The notes beneath the pieces were generated by a model. It ran no database searches. It had not been told where the DNA came from and saw only the letters and a program-made list of their open reading frames with translations. Both the position numbers and the translations under genes were made by a program. Shown piece by piece: positions 23,754 to 35,264 of a stretch of DNA of 64,000 bases. The stretch is from Zootoca vivipara (lineage: Eukaryota): assembly GCF_963506605.1 (NCBI RefSeq), contig NC_083288.1:29760001-29824000 (forward strand). Reading direction: 5' to 3'. Position 1 is the first letter of the stretch. Every line of letters starts with the position of its first letter.

Positions 23754-24499
23754 TGTTGAAGGGGGTGATGGTGGCCATTTGAATTAATCGCAGCCTACTA
23801 TTGTTGCATATTGAATACATCCCTGTATTATACCTGTACAAGCTGCACAAGCTCAGAGAGGGAGAACCAAGAGAAAGGGTTGACCTAGGAATCCCAAAGC
23901 AGGGCCTGACTCATAGTCCAAATTGTCTCTAGCACCCCTTGCACCCTGTGCCATTGTCCTCCCCGGCTATGCCAGAGGCCCCAATGATGTAAAAACTCTG
24001 GCAAGGAGGCATTGCATAGAACTGCCAGGAAGACAGAGCAGCCTTGTAAAAAATGAAAACATTCCTGACGAGGATTCTCTTATCAGAGGGAATGGTGCGT
24101 TAGCTGCCGGAGACACGGAACTTACCCAAGGACACTGTAGCCAGCCAGAGATATGAGTTCGACAGTAATTGACGACACACATAGATAATGTGAGGAGAAG
24201 GATGTGCAGACCACCAAGGTCCCCTATACTCCTGTTTATGTTACCCTTGCCTTTGCGTCGATGTTTCTGACCGTTGCCTTTGTGTCTATGCTTTAGACCC
24301 TTGCGTCTATGTTGTAGGAAAACATAGTCAGAAAAGATATAAGAATTGAGTTTGAAAATCACTTTTCGCTTGTGATTTGTTCACCGAGTGCCTTTGCATA
24401 TATGCAAATAAAGCCTTTCTCCTTTAGAGAGAAACCTTGGAGTCTTCATTGACTGCTTCCTGTCATTTATTACTGGGCGCAACACAGAACCCGGCAACA
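23754..24499 (+). mobile_element. Solo LTR (ERV-like)
   Basis: TGTTG...CAACA termini, TATA-like gatataag ~24336, AATAAA ~24407, internal short tandem repeats ~24244-24313; absent at the paralogous site ~14133-14155. Confidence 0.7.
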
Positions 24500-24719
24500 G
24501 CAATAGGGGATATTGGGGTGGTGTGTACCAGTGACGTGAAAAATAAGGAGGCGGGGCAGAATGTGTCCAGCCTTCTTCATCATACATAACCATTTCACAA
24601 TCTTTTTTTCATACATACATATGGTTTGCTTAGAGATTGGGCACCATGGTTTCAAACAGAATAGGACACAAAAGTAGTTGCTATAAATGATGTGAAACCA
24701 TTTGCTGAAATCTCCAGAC

Positions 24720-25068
24720 CATAGGTGCCAAGTCTCCCGTTTTTCGCAGGAAACCCCCATATATTAAACAGTTTCCCTCTGGCAGCCCAGACTGAAAAAA
24801 AATCCCGTAAATCCCCCGGATTTCTCACCTGCCAGGGAGGCTCCATTTTGGGTCCTGGTGCCGCCCGATTTCCGGTGCCCATACATGGGTAGTGTGGCAC
24901 CGGAAGTCGCTTCTACGCATGTCCAGACATGTGTAGAAGAGACTTCCGGTGCCGTTCCGCCCATGCCTGGGCACCGAAAATTGGGTAGAGCCGCACTAGA
25001 AGTTGCTTCTGCGCATGTATGGGCCACTGCTTATCCTGCATTTTTGGGTGGGATACTTCACAGCTATG
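24720..25068. mobile_element. hAT-type MITE, CATAG family (duplicated with the unit)
   Basis: Same site as 14347-14670; TSD ctccagac/ctccagaa. Confidence 0.85.
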
Positions 25069-25096
25069 CTCCAGAATAATGGGGAAATGTTTCGCT

Positions 25097-25158
<62 letters not shown>

Positions 25159-25626
25159 GGTGCATTACTGTACTTAATGAAAATATGGAGAGAAAAGAGC
25201 TGAACCAAAATTATGAATTTTATTGCTCCAACTGCTAAATTCTCTCTGTGAAAGAATGTACAAAGATAGCAATCCTATACACATGAAAATCATATGTAAG
25301 AAGTTGGTGTATATTAAGTCAGTGTAATGTTACACTAGAGCAAAACACCATTCAGCAGCAAGGCTGGGCTGCTACTCTGCCTAAGCCTGACAGAAGGAAA
25401 GCAAATCTTTCAAATAGTCTACTATGCAGGGTGCTAGACCATGTAAATGAGCTGAATGAGTTTAGGATTCAATCTAGCCCCACTCCTCCACTATTACACT
25501 AACAGGTCCATTGTAGATTTAATCCCAAGCATCGCTTATTTCTTTTTTCTATAAAATAATATGACAAGAAAGTACAAACAAAACCATTCCTTAAAGAAAA
25601 CAAAAGAGAAAGTGTTTTTTAAAAGA

Positions 25627-25893
25627 TTACCTCAGACCTAAAAGTTTTGCCAGGGCAACCTTGAGGTCCTTATTTCTGATGCTGTAAATTAATGGATTCA
25701 GCATGGGTGGAACCATGGAATATAGTATAGTAAACACCAAATCCAGTTGCGGGGCAGTGTTAGAGGTGGGTGTGAGATAAGCAAAGCCTGCTGTAAGGAA
25801 AAATGTGGATAAGACAATGAGGTGGGGTAGACAAGTTGAGAAGGCCTTTCTTCTTCCCTGGGCTGAAGGGATTTTCAGAACAGCACTGAAGAT
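25627..25893 (-). pseudogene. 5'-deleted OR14-like pseudogene (end of TM5 to C-terminus only)
   Basis: IFSAVLKIPSAQGRRKAFSTC...LLGLR*; OR homology stops at 25893 and is fused to an LTR-like 3' end. Confidence 0.93.
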
Positions 25894-26039
25894 AACCAAA
25901 AGCCTAAGCCAACACTCGGATTAAAATTGTGTAATTAAATAAAGTTGTGGCCTAAATTAATTGCCAAAAACCAAACCATAATTCTTGTGTCAGTTGTGAG
26001 TTATTTTAAGGTAATTTCTGGTAAGCCTCGACACACAAA
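25894..26039 (+). mobile_element. 3' end of an LTR-like element (family of 50062-50845)
   Basis: gcctaagc..aataaagttgtggcc..cctcgacacacaa matches 50710-50846. Confidence 0.75.
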
Positions 26040-26301
26040 TGCTGCAACAGCAGACCAGGATGCAGTTCTATACACATTTAGGCCCCATTTGCACTATCCA
26101 TTTAAAACAGTATCATACCACCAAACAATAATCACACAGCTACAATTCTGAGATTTCCCTGCAAAGAGGTATTGTTAAACGACTATCAGAGTTTAAATTC
26201 TGTGGAGGTAATAGTGGTATCCTAATGATCCTTAGGACCCTTGACAAACTACAGCTCCCCAGATTATTTTGGGGAGTCTATGACTGTTAAAAGTGGTATA
26301 A

Positions 26302-26792
26302 AGGTAAAGGGACCTCTGACTATTAGGTCCAGCCGTGGACGACTCTGGGGTTGTGGCACTCATCTTGCTTCACTGGCCAAGGGAGCCGCCGTACAGCTTC
26401 CGGGTCACGTGGCTACAGGTCCGCCCCTACGACCAGGCTGGGTGGCATAGGGCACTAGGGTGCCGGGCCACATTGGGGGGTGCTGCGCTGCGGCGCCCAC
26501 CAGCCATGTGGACAAACGGGGCGGGGGGCGCCGGAGGGATCGTCGCACAACAGCGCCCGGGCACCCAATATGCTTAAGACGGCCCTGTGTGGCTAGCATG
26601 ACTGAGCCACTTCTGGTGAACCAGAGCAGCGCACAGAAATGCCATTAACCTTCCCGCCGGAGCAGTACCTATTTATCTACTTGCACTTTGAAGTGCTTTC
26701 GAACTGCTTGGTTGGCAGGAGCAGGGATCGAGCAACGGGAGCTCTCCCTGTCATGGGGATCGAACCGCCGACCACAGTGCCACCCGTGTCAC
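26302..26792 (-). mobile_element. Sauria SINE with nested MITE and small internal deletion
   Basis: Same site as the other unit copies. Confidence 0.88.
26416..26587. mobile_element. hAT (Tip100-like) MITE inside the SINE
   Basis: Termini caggtccg / cggccctg; 8-bp TSD (c/t)gtggcta at 26408-26415 and 26588-26595. Confidence 0.8.
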
Positions 26793-27491
26793 AAAAGTTG
26801 TATAATACTGCTTTAATTGCATGCTGCAGATTGGGTCTTGTTGGAGTAAGACCAACTGAGTTCAACAGGTCTTCTAAGTAGACAGAAAAAGTTTTTTATA
26901 CTTTAAATGTTCAAAGGCATTATGATTCTGCAGTTGTTTGATTTCATCCCATGTTCTCTCCAGATAGATGGATGCCAATAGCAGCAGCAACAACAAAAGT
27001 GCAAAAAACACGCACACTGAAATTGTATATATTTTCTAAAGTGCACTATTCAAATAGACATTTTATATGCACTTTCCTGAAATGATGTATTTTGTTCTCA
27101 TTTATATGTTTGTATATGCAATTTACACAAAATAATAATTAAAAACCTTTCTTAATTCTGTTGAACAAGGCCTAATTTGGGCTGTCTTTGGCCCATAAAT
27201 TTTCTTTAGACTTGGGAACCACATTCTCTTGTCTTAAGATTTGTGGGCTAATTGAATATGCCTACTCAGACACGTCCGAAATAAAAGGTGGGAACTTGAT
27301 ATTTTTTTCTTCTATTATGTCCTTTAAGAAAAATAGGGAGAATTGATGTCAGTGATTAACTGGCAAGCCCATAAGTGTGCAGACATGTCCAGACTGATCT
27401 TGGTAAACTTTCATCCACTCCAGCCCTGGTTGCCAACAAAAGGCAGCCATCAAAAGAGTGAAGACTTTGTGAGTTGGGGAGAGTTGGGGGG

Positions 27492-28986
27492 AAATCACCA
27501 GGCACGGATGGCCTCTAGAGGAAACATTATAAAGTATTTAAAAATGAGCTAACAGAACTTTATAAAGAATTAGTGAACATGATCTTAGAAAGAGGGGTAA
27601 TACCCAAGACATGGCAAGATACATTTATAACCTTAATACCGAAAGATAAAGGGAGGTCAGAAGAAATAGGAAATTATAAACCAATTTCATTATCGATTAT
27701 CAATTATAAATTATTTGCTGGAATATTGGCCAATAGAATTAAAGAGGTCCTGAATAGAGTGGTAGGTAAAGAACAACAAGGCTTTTTACCCCAAAGGAAG
27801 ATGTCTGGTAACATAAGAACTTTATTAAATTTATTTGAATATGCAGAATGGAATCCCAGCAAGAATATTGCATTACTATTTTTGGACGCCGAAAAGGCCT
27901 TTGATAACCTGGCTTGGGAATTTATGAAAGGGGCATTAAAATTTTTAGGGGTGATAGGTAGATTTATGGAAGGAATCAATGCAATATATAGCAAACAAAT
28001 AGCAAGATTGATTATTAATGGGAATATAACAAAGGAATTCGAGATATCAAAGGGAACACGACAGGGATGTCCGCTATCCCCATTGTTGTTCATATGGTCA
28101 TTAGAATTTCTAATAAAGGATATTAAAAATGATAAAGATTTCAAAGGCATTACAGTGGGGGAAAAGTAATTTTAAATTAAGAGCCTTTGCCGACGATATT
28201 ATAATAATGATGGAAGACCCAGTGGAGACATTAATTAAATTGAAAGAGAATGTAGTAGTCTATGGAGAGGTAGCAGGATTAAAAGTAAATAATAATAAAA
28301 ACTGAATTAATAATCAAAAATATAAGAAAGGAGGAATTAGATAATTGGGAGGTATTGAGAAAAGTTAAATATCTAGGAATCATGATAACCAATAATAATG
28401 TGGATTTATTCGATAATAATTATGCTAAAACGTGGAAAACTGTAAAAGAGGATTTGGAAAAATGGAAGGGATTAAATTTACCTTTTTCAGGTAGGATACC
28501 TGCCATTAAAATGATGGTGTTACCAAAAATGATATTCTTGTTTCAAATGCTACCTATTAGAATAAAAAAAGAAACATTCGAGACATGGAGGAAGGATCTT
28601 AGCAACTTTATTTGGCAAGGGAAAAAAGCAAGAGTACAATATAGGATATTAACGGATACAAAAGAAAGGGGAGGTTGGGGAGTTCCCAATCTGAAATTAT
28701 ATTATGCCGCATCTTGCCTATGCTGGATGAAGGAGTGGTTCCTACTGGAAGATCTGGAGCTGCTTAAACTGGAAGGATTTAGGAATGTTGGAGACTGGCA
28801 TGCTTACCTGCTAAAAGAGAGAAAAGGAGAGTACATATCATTTTCAAATCACGTATTTAAAAAGTCATTATTTGATATATGGGAGGAATTTAAAAATGTA
28901 TTAGAGCCTAAAGTGTCATGGTGGATCTCGCCTTTGGAAATGTCAGCAATGAGTAATGAGCCTAAGGGAGGGAGATGGCCAACATA
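27492..28986 (+). mobile_element. L1 ORF2 RT fragment (same insertion as 19792)
   Basis: QQGFLPQR, LDAEKAFD, GTRQGCPLSPLLF, FADD, KYLGI, GGWGVPNLKLYY; same 5' junction as 19792. Confidence 0.9.
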
Positions 28987-29085
28987 GATAGATTGATATT
29001 TATTACGGACATTGGCCCATCACACAACAATTCCCATACCAACATATATGTACTTAAACCTCCAAATTACACATCCAGACATATG
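28987..29085 (-). mobile_element. 3' tail of the RTE-X-like element
   Basis: Minus strand reads gatgggccaatgtccgtAATAAAtatcaatctatc, abutting the 15-bp TSD gagatggccaacata. Confidence 0.6.
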
Positions 29086-29215
29086 TAGAAGCAACTTGCG
29101 GTGCCGCTCCGCCCATGCCTGGGCACCGAAAATCGGGTAGAGCGGCACTAGAAGTTGCTTCTGCGCATGTCCACTGCTTATCCTGCATTTTTGGGCGGGA
29201 TACTTGACAGCTATG
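29086..29215. mobile_element. Right half of the CATAG-family MITE
   Basis: Matches 24920-25068; ends cagctatg followed by ctccagac. Confidence 0.8.
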
Positions 29216-29243
29216 CTCCAGACTAATGGGGAAATGTTTCACT

Positions 29244-29304
<61 letters not shown>

Positions 29305-30114
29305 ATTATTGTACTTAATGAAAATATGGAGAGAAAAGAGCTGAACCAAAATTATGAATTTTATTAACATCAGCAAATGGTACAGGTTGATATTCATAAT
29401 TATTGAATTTGATACTCAAAGAGGACCATTTATGAGGAAATGGGCTAGAGAATTACAAGAGGATCTTAGTATGGAGGAATGGAAATGTATTTTGGAAATT
29501 CACTGCTACAGATTACATCATGAGAGTTGAAAAAAAAATCTTCAGCACTGAATTGGAACAAACAGAAGTCAGGTTTTCCAGGGATTTCTGTTCATTCCAA
29601 TTTAGCGCAGAAGAGGAAGAAGAAAGAGGCAGAGTAAAGGCAAAACTGCTTGGACCCAGAAAGCTGCTCAGACCTGTGAGTTCTAAGCAGGGAACAAGTA
29701 GAAGTGTGGTGAAGCCCTTAAATTGGGTATTACTCTTTTTAAACTTTGCTCCAACTGCTAAATTCTCTCTGTGAAAGAATGTGCAAAGATAGCAATCCTA
29801 TACACATGAAATTCATATTCACCATTCACCATTCACCATTCAGCAGCAAGGCTGGGGTGCTACTCTGCCTAAGCCTGACAGAAGGAAAGCAAATCTTTCA
29901 AATAGTCTACTATGCAGGGTGCTAGACCATGTAAATGAGCTGAATGAGTTTAGGATTCAATATAGCCCCACTCCTCCACTATTACACTAACAGGTCCATT
30001 GTAGATTTAATCCCAAGCATCACTTATTTCTTTTTTCTATAAAATAATATGACAAGAAAGTACAAACCAAACCATTCCTTAAAGAAAACAAAAGAGAAAG
30101 TGTTTTTTAAAAGA

Positions 30115-31032
30115 TTACCTCAGACCTAAAAGTTTTGCCAGGGCAACCTTGAGGTCCTTATTTCTGATGCTGTAAATTAATGGATTCAGCATGGGTGGAA
30201 CCATGGAATATAGTATAGTAAACACCAAATCCAGTTGTGGGGCAGTGTTAGAGGTGGGCCTGAGATAAGCAAAGCCTGCTGTAAGGAAAAATGTGGATAA
30301 GACAATGAGGTGGGGTAGACAAGTTGAGAAGGCCTTTCTTCTTCCCTCGGCTGATGGGATTTTCAGAACAGCAGTGAAGATGTGTACATAAGTAACAATG
30401 ATGAAGATGAAACAGACAACTCCAACTGTAGTACTAAACATAACAATTCCAATTTCAATTAGGTACAAGTCAGAACATGCAAGCTTAAGTAACTGTGGGA
30501 TTTCACAGAAAAACTGATTGACAACATTGGAACAGAAGGGCATTGAAAATGTTCCACCGGTGTTTAAAGCTGCATTTAGAAGGCCACCAACCCACACACC
30601 AGCAACCATTTGGGTGCAAGCTCTCCTGTTCATTACCATTTCATATTGCAGGGGATCACAAATGGCAACGTACCGATCGTATGCCATGACTGTAAGGAGG
30701 TAAACATCGCATCCTACAAAGAGGAAGAACAAGAGGACCTGAACAACACATCCATAATATGAAATGTGCCTTGTGTTCATGAGGGAATTGACCATGGATT
30801 TGGGAATAATGACTGAAACAGAGCCAAGGTCCTGCATTGCCAAATTCACCAGAAAGAAGTACATTGGGGTGTGCAGGCGGTGGTCAAAAGCTACTGCCAA
30901 GATTATGAGAAGATTCCCTGTCACAGTTGCCAAGAACATTCCAAGGAAGAGAAAGAAGTGTAGAACCTGCAGTTCCCGAACTTCTGAGAATTCGAAGAGA
31001 AGAAACTCAGACACTGATGTTTGATTATCCAT
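30115..31032 (-). CDS. Olfactory receptor, OR14-like (305 aa)
   Basis: Full OR motif set; paralog of 6621 and 15624. Confidence 0.97.
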   Translation of the reverse strand: MDNQTSVSEFLLFEFSEVRELQVLHFFLFLGMFLATVTGNLLIILAVAFDHRLHTPMYFFLVNLAMQDLGSVSVIIPKSMVNSLMNTRHISYYGCVVQVLLFFLFVGCDVYLLTVMAYDRYVAICDPLQYEMVMNRRACTQMVAGVWVGGLLNAALNTGGTFSMPFCSNVVNQFFCEIPQLLKLACSDLYLIEIGIVMFSTTVGVVCFIFIIVTYVHIFTAVLKIPSAEGRRKAFSTCLPHLIVLSTFFLTAGFAYLRPTSNTAPQLDLVFTILYSMVPPMLNPLIYSIRNKDLKVALAKLLGLR

Positions 31033-31646
31033 TTTTTACTTAATGATAAGTAGCATGGCAACCCTGGAAGAAAACAACAACTCTGTATTCAATTCAGTCT
31101 GAAACGGTTTAATGAATAAATATCAAATTCTCGAAGGAGACACAATTAGAATCTGTCACACTCAATTTATAACACTATCATATGCTCAACACTAAATCAT
31201 CTAGCTTTTCTTTGTGGTTATAGATATTTTGAGGGACCATGTGAAGTGAGCCTTGGCCATTGAGGGATGGGCTTCATGAAGTTTGATTAGTGACAGCAGT
31301 AGGTTTTCGCAAAGGAATTGGTTGTATATCCTGAATCACCCAACCCACAGGAAACTATTCCTTCAGGGTTGTTGTTGGGTTTTAGGATCACCCTATGAAG
31401 TGTATCATTTCTCGAAAATCCCTCCAGAATGCCATCTTAGGGAGTTCTATGGCTGGTTGAAACCTATCCAGGCATTCGGAAAGAATACATTGCCCCTGAA
31501 TCTCTTTAACAGGGTACCCTGAAAATCTGACCAATTTATTGGACGTGGTATTTCAAGTCACCACTCTGCCAGATTATGGAGTTGGCCCCACCATGTTCTG
31601 CCTTTCAGCGAGAATGGGGCCTCTGTGCATCACATTCCATTATACT

Positions 31647-31843
31647 AGTTACAGGTAGGTAGCCGTGTTGGTCTGAGTCGAAACAAAATAAAAAAATTCA
31701 TTCAGTAGCACCTTAAAGACCAACTAAGTTTTTATTTTGGTATGAGCTTTCGTGTACCTGAAGAAGTGTGCATGCACACGAAAGCTCATACCAAAATAAA
31801 AACTTAGTTGGTTTTTAAGGTGCTACTGAAGGAATTTTTTTAT
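31647..31843. mobile_element. Penelope-like palindromic mini-element (inverted pseudo-LTR)
   Basis: ~65-bp inverted arms (cagtagcaccttaaagaccaactaag.. / ..cttagttggtttttaaggtgctactg); flanking duplication cattatact at 31638-31646 and 31846-31854; absent from the paralogous intron ~17165. Confidence 0.8.
31754..31791 (+). ncRNA. Minimal type I hammerhead ribozyme motif
   Basis: gtac-CTGAAGA-a-GTGTGCATGCACAC (stem II)-GAAA-GCTC^-atac. Confidence 0.6.
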
Positions 31844-32404
31844 TGCATTATACTGTTAGTGTAGCTTACCAACACTGTAGCACCATGGTTCAATAAAATA
31901 TTCATTGTGTTTGGGCTGTTTAGGAGATGCTGTTTCATTATCTAAAGGGTACCGGATATTCTTAGCCCAAAATACAGCTTGAAATAACATAAGTGTTTGC
32001 TGGTGTATTTTGCTATGTATTCCGAAACAGTTTTTAATGATGATCAGTTCCCCTAGAAGCACTGTAGGTCTCAGGTTGTTCTTTTTTCCCTTTCACACAA
32101 TAAAGGGAATGTTGGGGTCACTTAAAGACTATTGCTATGTCTCTCTTCCCAGTCTTACCTCAGATGTAGAGGAGGATGTAGCCAAAGAGTACCAAGAGGA
32201 GAAGCAGCTTCCCTCCCCATTCATGCAAAATGGAATGGAGAATTCTGAGAGCTTCGACTTTGTACTCAGTTAAATTTTGCTTATATAATTATAATTAATG
32301 TTCGATAAAGAGTCCCTCTGTTGGTCACAAACTTTCAGGATAACATAAAATAAACACGTATGTAGTTTCTTAAGGTTGGATTGTTGTCACCAACAGTTAT
32401 AGTA

Positions 32405-32676
32405 AAGTCTTTTAATTAATGCAGATTAATGTGTTTCCACTTGGATGACATATGACTACCCCTCTGGAAATATTCTGAATACTGCATGTTGTAGGAAATA
32501 GAATTAATCAGTGTAAGAGCCAATATCTCATATTTGGTTTTTAGTACCGTTTACCTTGCCAAATGAAAGTATCCCATTATCAGTTCCTCTATAGGCAAAA
32601 CACATGCTTTGATTTAAGTGGGAGAATCATTTCAAGAGAAGAAATGTAGGGATTTGATGACCAGTTAGTTAGTTAA

Positions 32677-32707
<31 letters not shown>

Positions 32708-33500
32708 AAGAAAGACATAAATGTCCAGTTTTTCGAGGTAAAATGATATTACTGTAATAACTTACTGTTTTTCTTCATGCCAATTTTTTCCCTTCAAATT
32801 ATGATGTGTCTTCCTCTCTGTTGTCTTTAGATGATCATCTATCCATATGGGCACAGCTGAAATTTTATTTATGTTCTCTCACCCTGCTCCACTGCCTCCC
32901 ACCCTCCAAGGCAGTCAAAAGTCTGTCTTCATTGGCAGTACAAAATTGCCACGATATTGTTATGTTTGTTGTGTTCCCTGGCACATGCTCCCAAGAGTTC
33001 AACACAACTGGGCAAAGAACTCCCCCAAGGAAAATAGATTTTCTGCTCTTTCTGAAAATATAATTAATAGATAATGAATGTGTGCGAGAGTACATGTTAT
33101 TTATTTATCAGTTCATTACATTTATTACCCACGTCATGAATTATAACTGGGGTTCTCTGAGCAATGAACCATTTAAATTCTTTAAAACCACAACATAAAC
33201 CATAACAGAATATGGGATGTCAGTTTCTAAATGATGAAGATTTAACATTTCTTCATTTTTGAATTTGTGCTTTTAGATTTTAAGGGTTGCATGTTATTAA
33301 ATGCTGCAACAGCAGATCAGGATGCAATTCTATACAAATTTAGGCCCCATTTGCACTATACATTTAAAACAGTATCATACCATACCACTAAGCAATCATT
33401 ACATAGCTACAATTCCCAAATTTCCCTGGAAATACAGCTTGTTTAACCACTTTTAGAGTTCAAACAAACTACAGCTCCAATAATTCTTTGACTGTTTAAA
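32405..33500 (-). repeat. Block A copy 5 (most diverged, no SINE)
   Basis: Donor acttac at 32760-32765; empty SINE site aaagtggtataa ~33498-33509; expanded (TTAG)n ~32664-32706. Confidence 0.85.
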
Positions 33501-34120
33501 GTGGTATAATAACACAATGTAAATTTTAGCCCTTTCATCCACATATATTCCCACTGTTCCAGCTGAGATTTTCCATGAGGTCCAGAGGCTTGTCACATTA
33601 GATATGATGGATGGGGCTCTGGAGCATGTAGAAGCCAACTGTGAATTGTCTGCTTAATACTCAACTTCATAGAGACTTGAATGCCACTGCTGTGGCAGTT
33701 CCATTTGAGGTGTCTAATATCTTATGGGTCTGAGGTAGAGACAGGCAAAGTGTAACCTAGCTGCCCTACTAGATCTCTCAACAGCTTTTGATATTATTGA
33801 ACATGGTGTTCTGCTGAACCAGCTCTGTGGGGTGCTATCATGGGCACTGTCACAGTGGCAACATTTCTACTTGCAAGTTAATGTCCAGAGATGTTATGGT
33901 GTCCTGCAGGGGACTTTTCCCCCTCCAGTGTTTTATGAAGGTAGAAATTCCATTAACTTGCATTGCAAAACCAAAATGGCCAATACATTTTTGTTTTTCC
34001 ACAAGCTGCCAATATTACCTATTACTGAAGTCTCTGGTCCTTTCTGTAACAGTAGTAGCCCCAAATAGTTGCAAAGACAAATGCTCGAGACCTGTAAAGC
34101 AATGATACGAATAGTTCACA

Positions 34121-34357
34121 CCGCATTTTTCGCTCCATAGAATGCACCTGACCATAGGACGCACCTAATTTTTAGAGGAGGAAAACAAGAAAAAAATATT
34201 TTACTTTCTTTAATTTTCCTAGGCGCGGGCTCTGGCTTTTGTGTTGGCTCTGGCTCTGCACAGGCTCTGGCTCTTGCATTCGCTCCATAGGACACATGGA
34301 CTTTCCCCCTTCCCTTTTGGGAGGGGAAAAGGTGCGTCTTATGGAGCGAAAATACGG
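34121..34357. mobile_element. Tc1/mariner (Tc2/pogo-like) MITE
   Basis: TIRs ccgcatttttcgctccata / tatggagcgaaaatacgg; TA on the right flank. Confidence 0.8.
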
Positions 34358-34574
34358 TAATCAGATTTCCTGCTCAATGGTCGACCACATGCTTTTTATT
34401 CGGCAGGTCTCAGGTTTCTCAGCATCTAGAAGTTGACTAGAAAAGATCCCCATTTTAAACCCTGTATATTGTCTATGAGTCATTGTATGCAATATTGATT
34501 GTTTTGAATGCTTTGGCATTGTCAGAAACTCCTATAGATAAAGTATCTCTTAATAATGTTAGGAGAACATAGAT

Positions 34575-34842
34575 TGTAAAATTAATTTTTCTACACACCT
34601 GCAGTCATGGCTTGAAGTGGCTTGCTGAGGCCAAGTCCTCAGGGAAATTAAGATCATATTAATAAACCACCTCCTGATGGTTGTGTTAAACTCTTACTGC
34701 CAGTAAAGATATGATTTTCCTTGGCTGTCTCGGCAAGAGCAGGGTAACACTTATAATGCATCTTAGCACACTGAGAAACACTTAGTGCTGGGAGCAGAAA
34801 GTGCATGAGAAGCCAAAAGAAATCCATGGAATAAATGTAAGT
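34575..34842 (+). promoter_or_regulatory. Putative promoter/first exon of OR 38486-39418
   Basis: O/E-like TCCTCAGGGA 34636-34645 abutting AATTAA; donor GTAAGT 34837-34842. Confidence 0.35.
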
Positions 34843-35217
34843 CATTTATCTACTTAATACTTTAGAAAATGGCAGGTGTATACTGCACTTTTTCAAATTC
34901 AATATATAAAAATTGCCATTCTCTCCATTGGGATACATTTTAGGTATTGCAGAAATACAGAGGGTTTGTACAGCAGAAACAGCTTTGATTTAGATTAGAT
35001 TTATTAAATTTATACATTGTTTCTCAATAATAATACAATCTTTTGACACTACGTACAGGTTACTACTGGACTGGTAGAGCAGCTAGCTTTTTAACATTCT
35101 GTCATTACAACCTTAATAATTCTGTTAATCATAAATCAAGACAATTAGTGAATATCCTGTCTGGCAAGGGATACAATGTAAGGGAATTTCAGAATATTCT
35201 GGTGAAGAATGGCTGTG

Positions 35218-35264
<47 letters not shown>

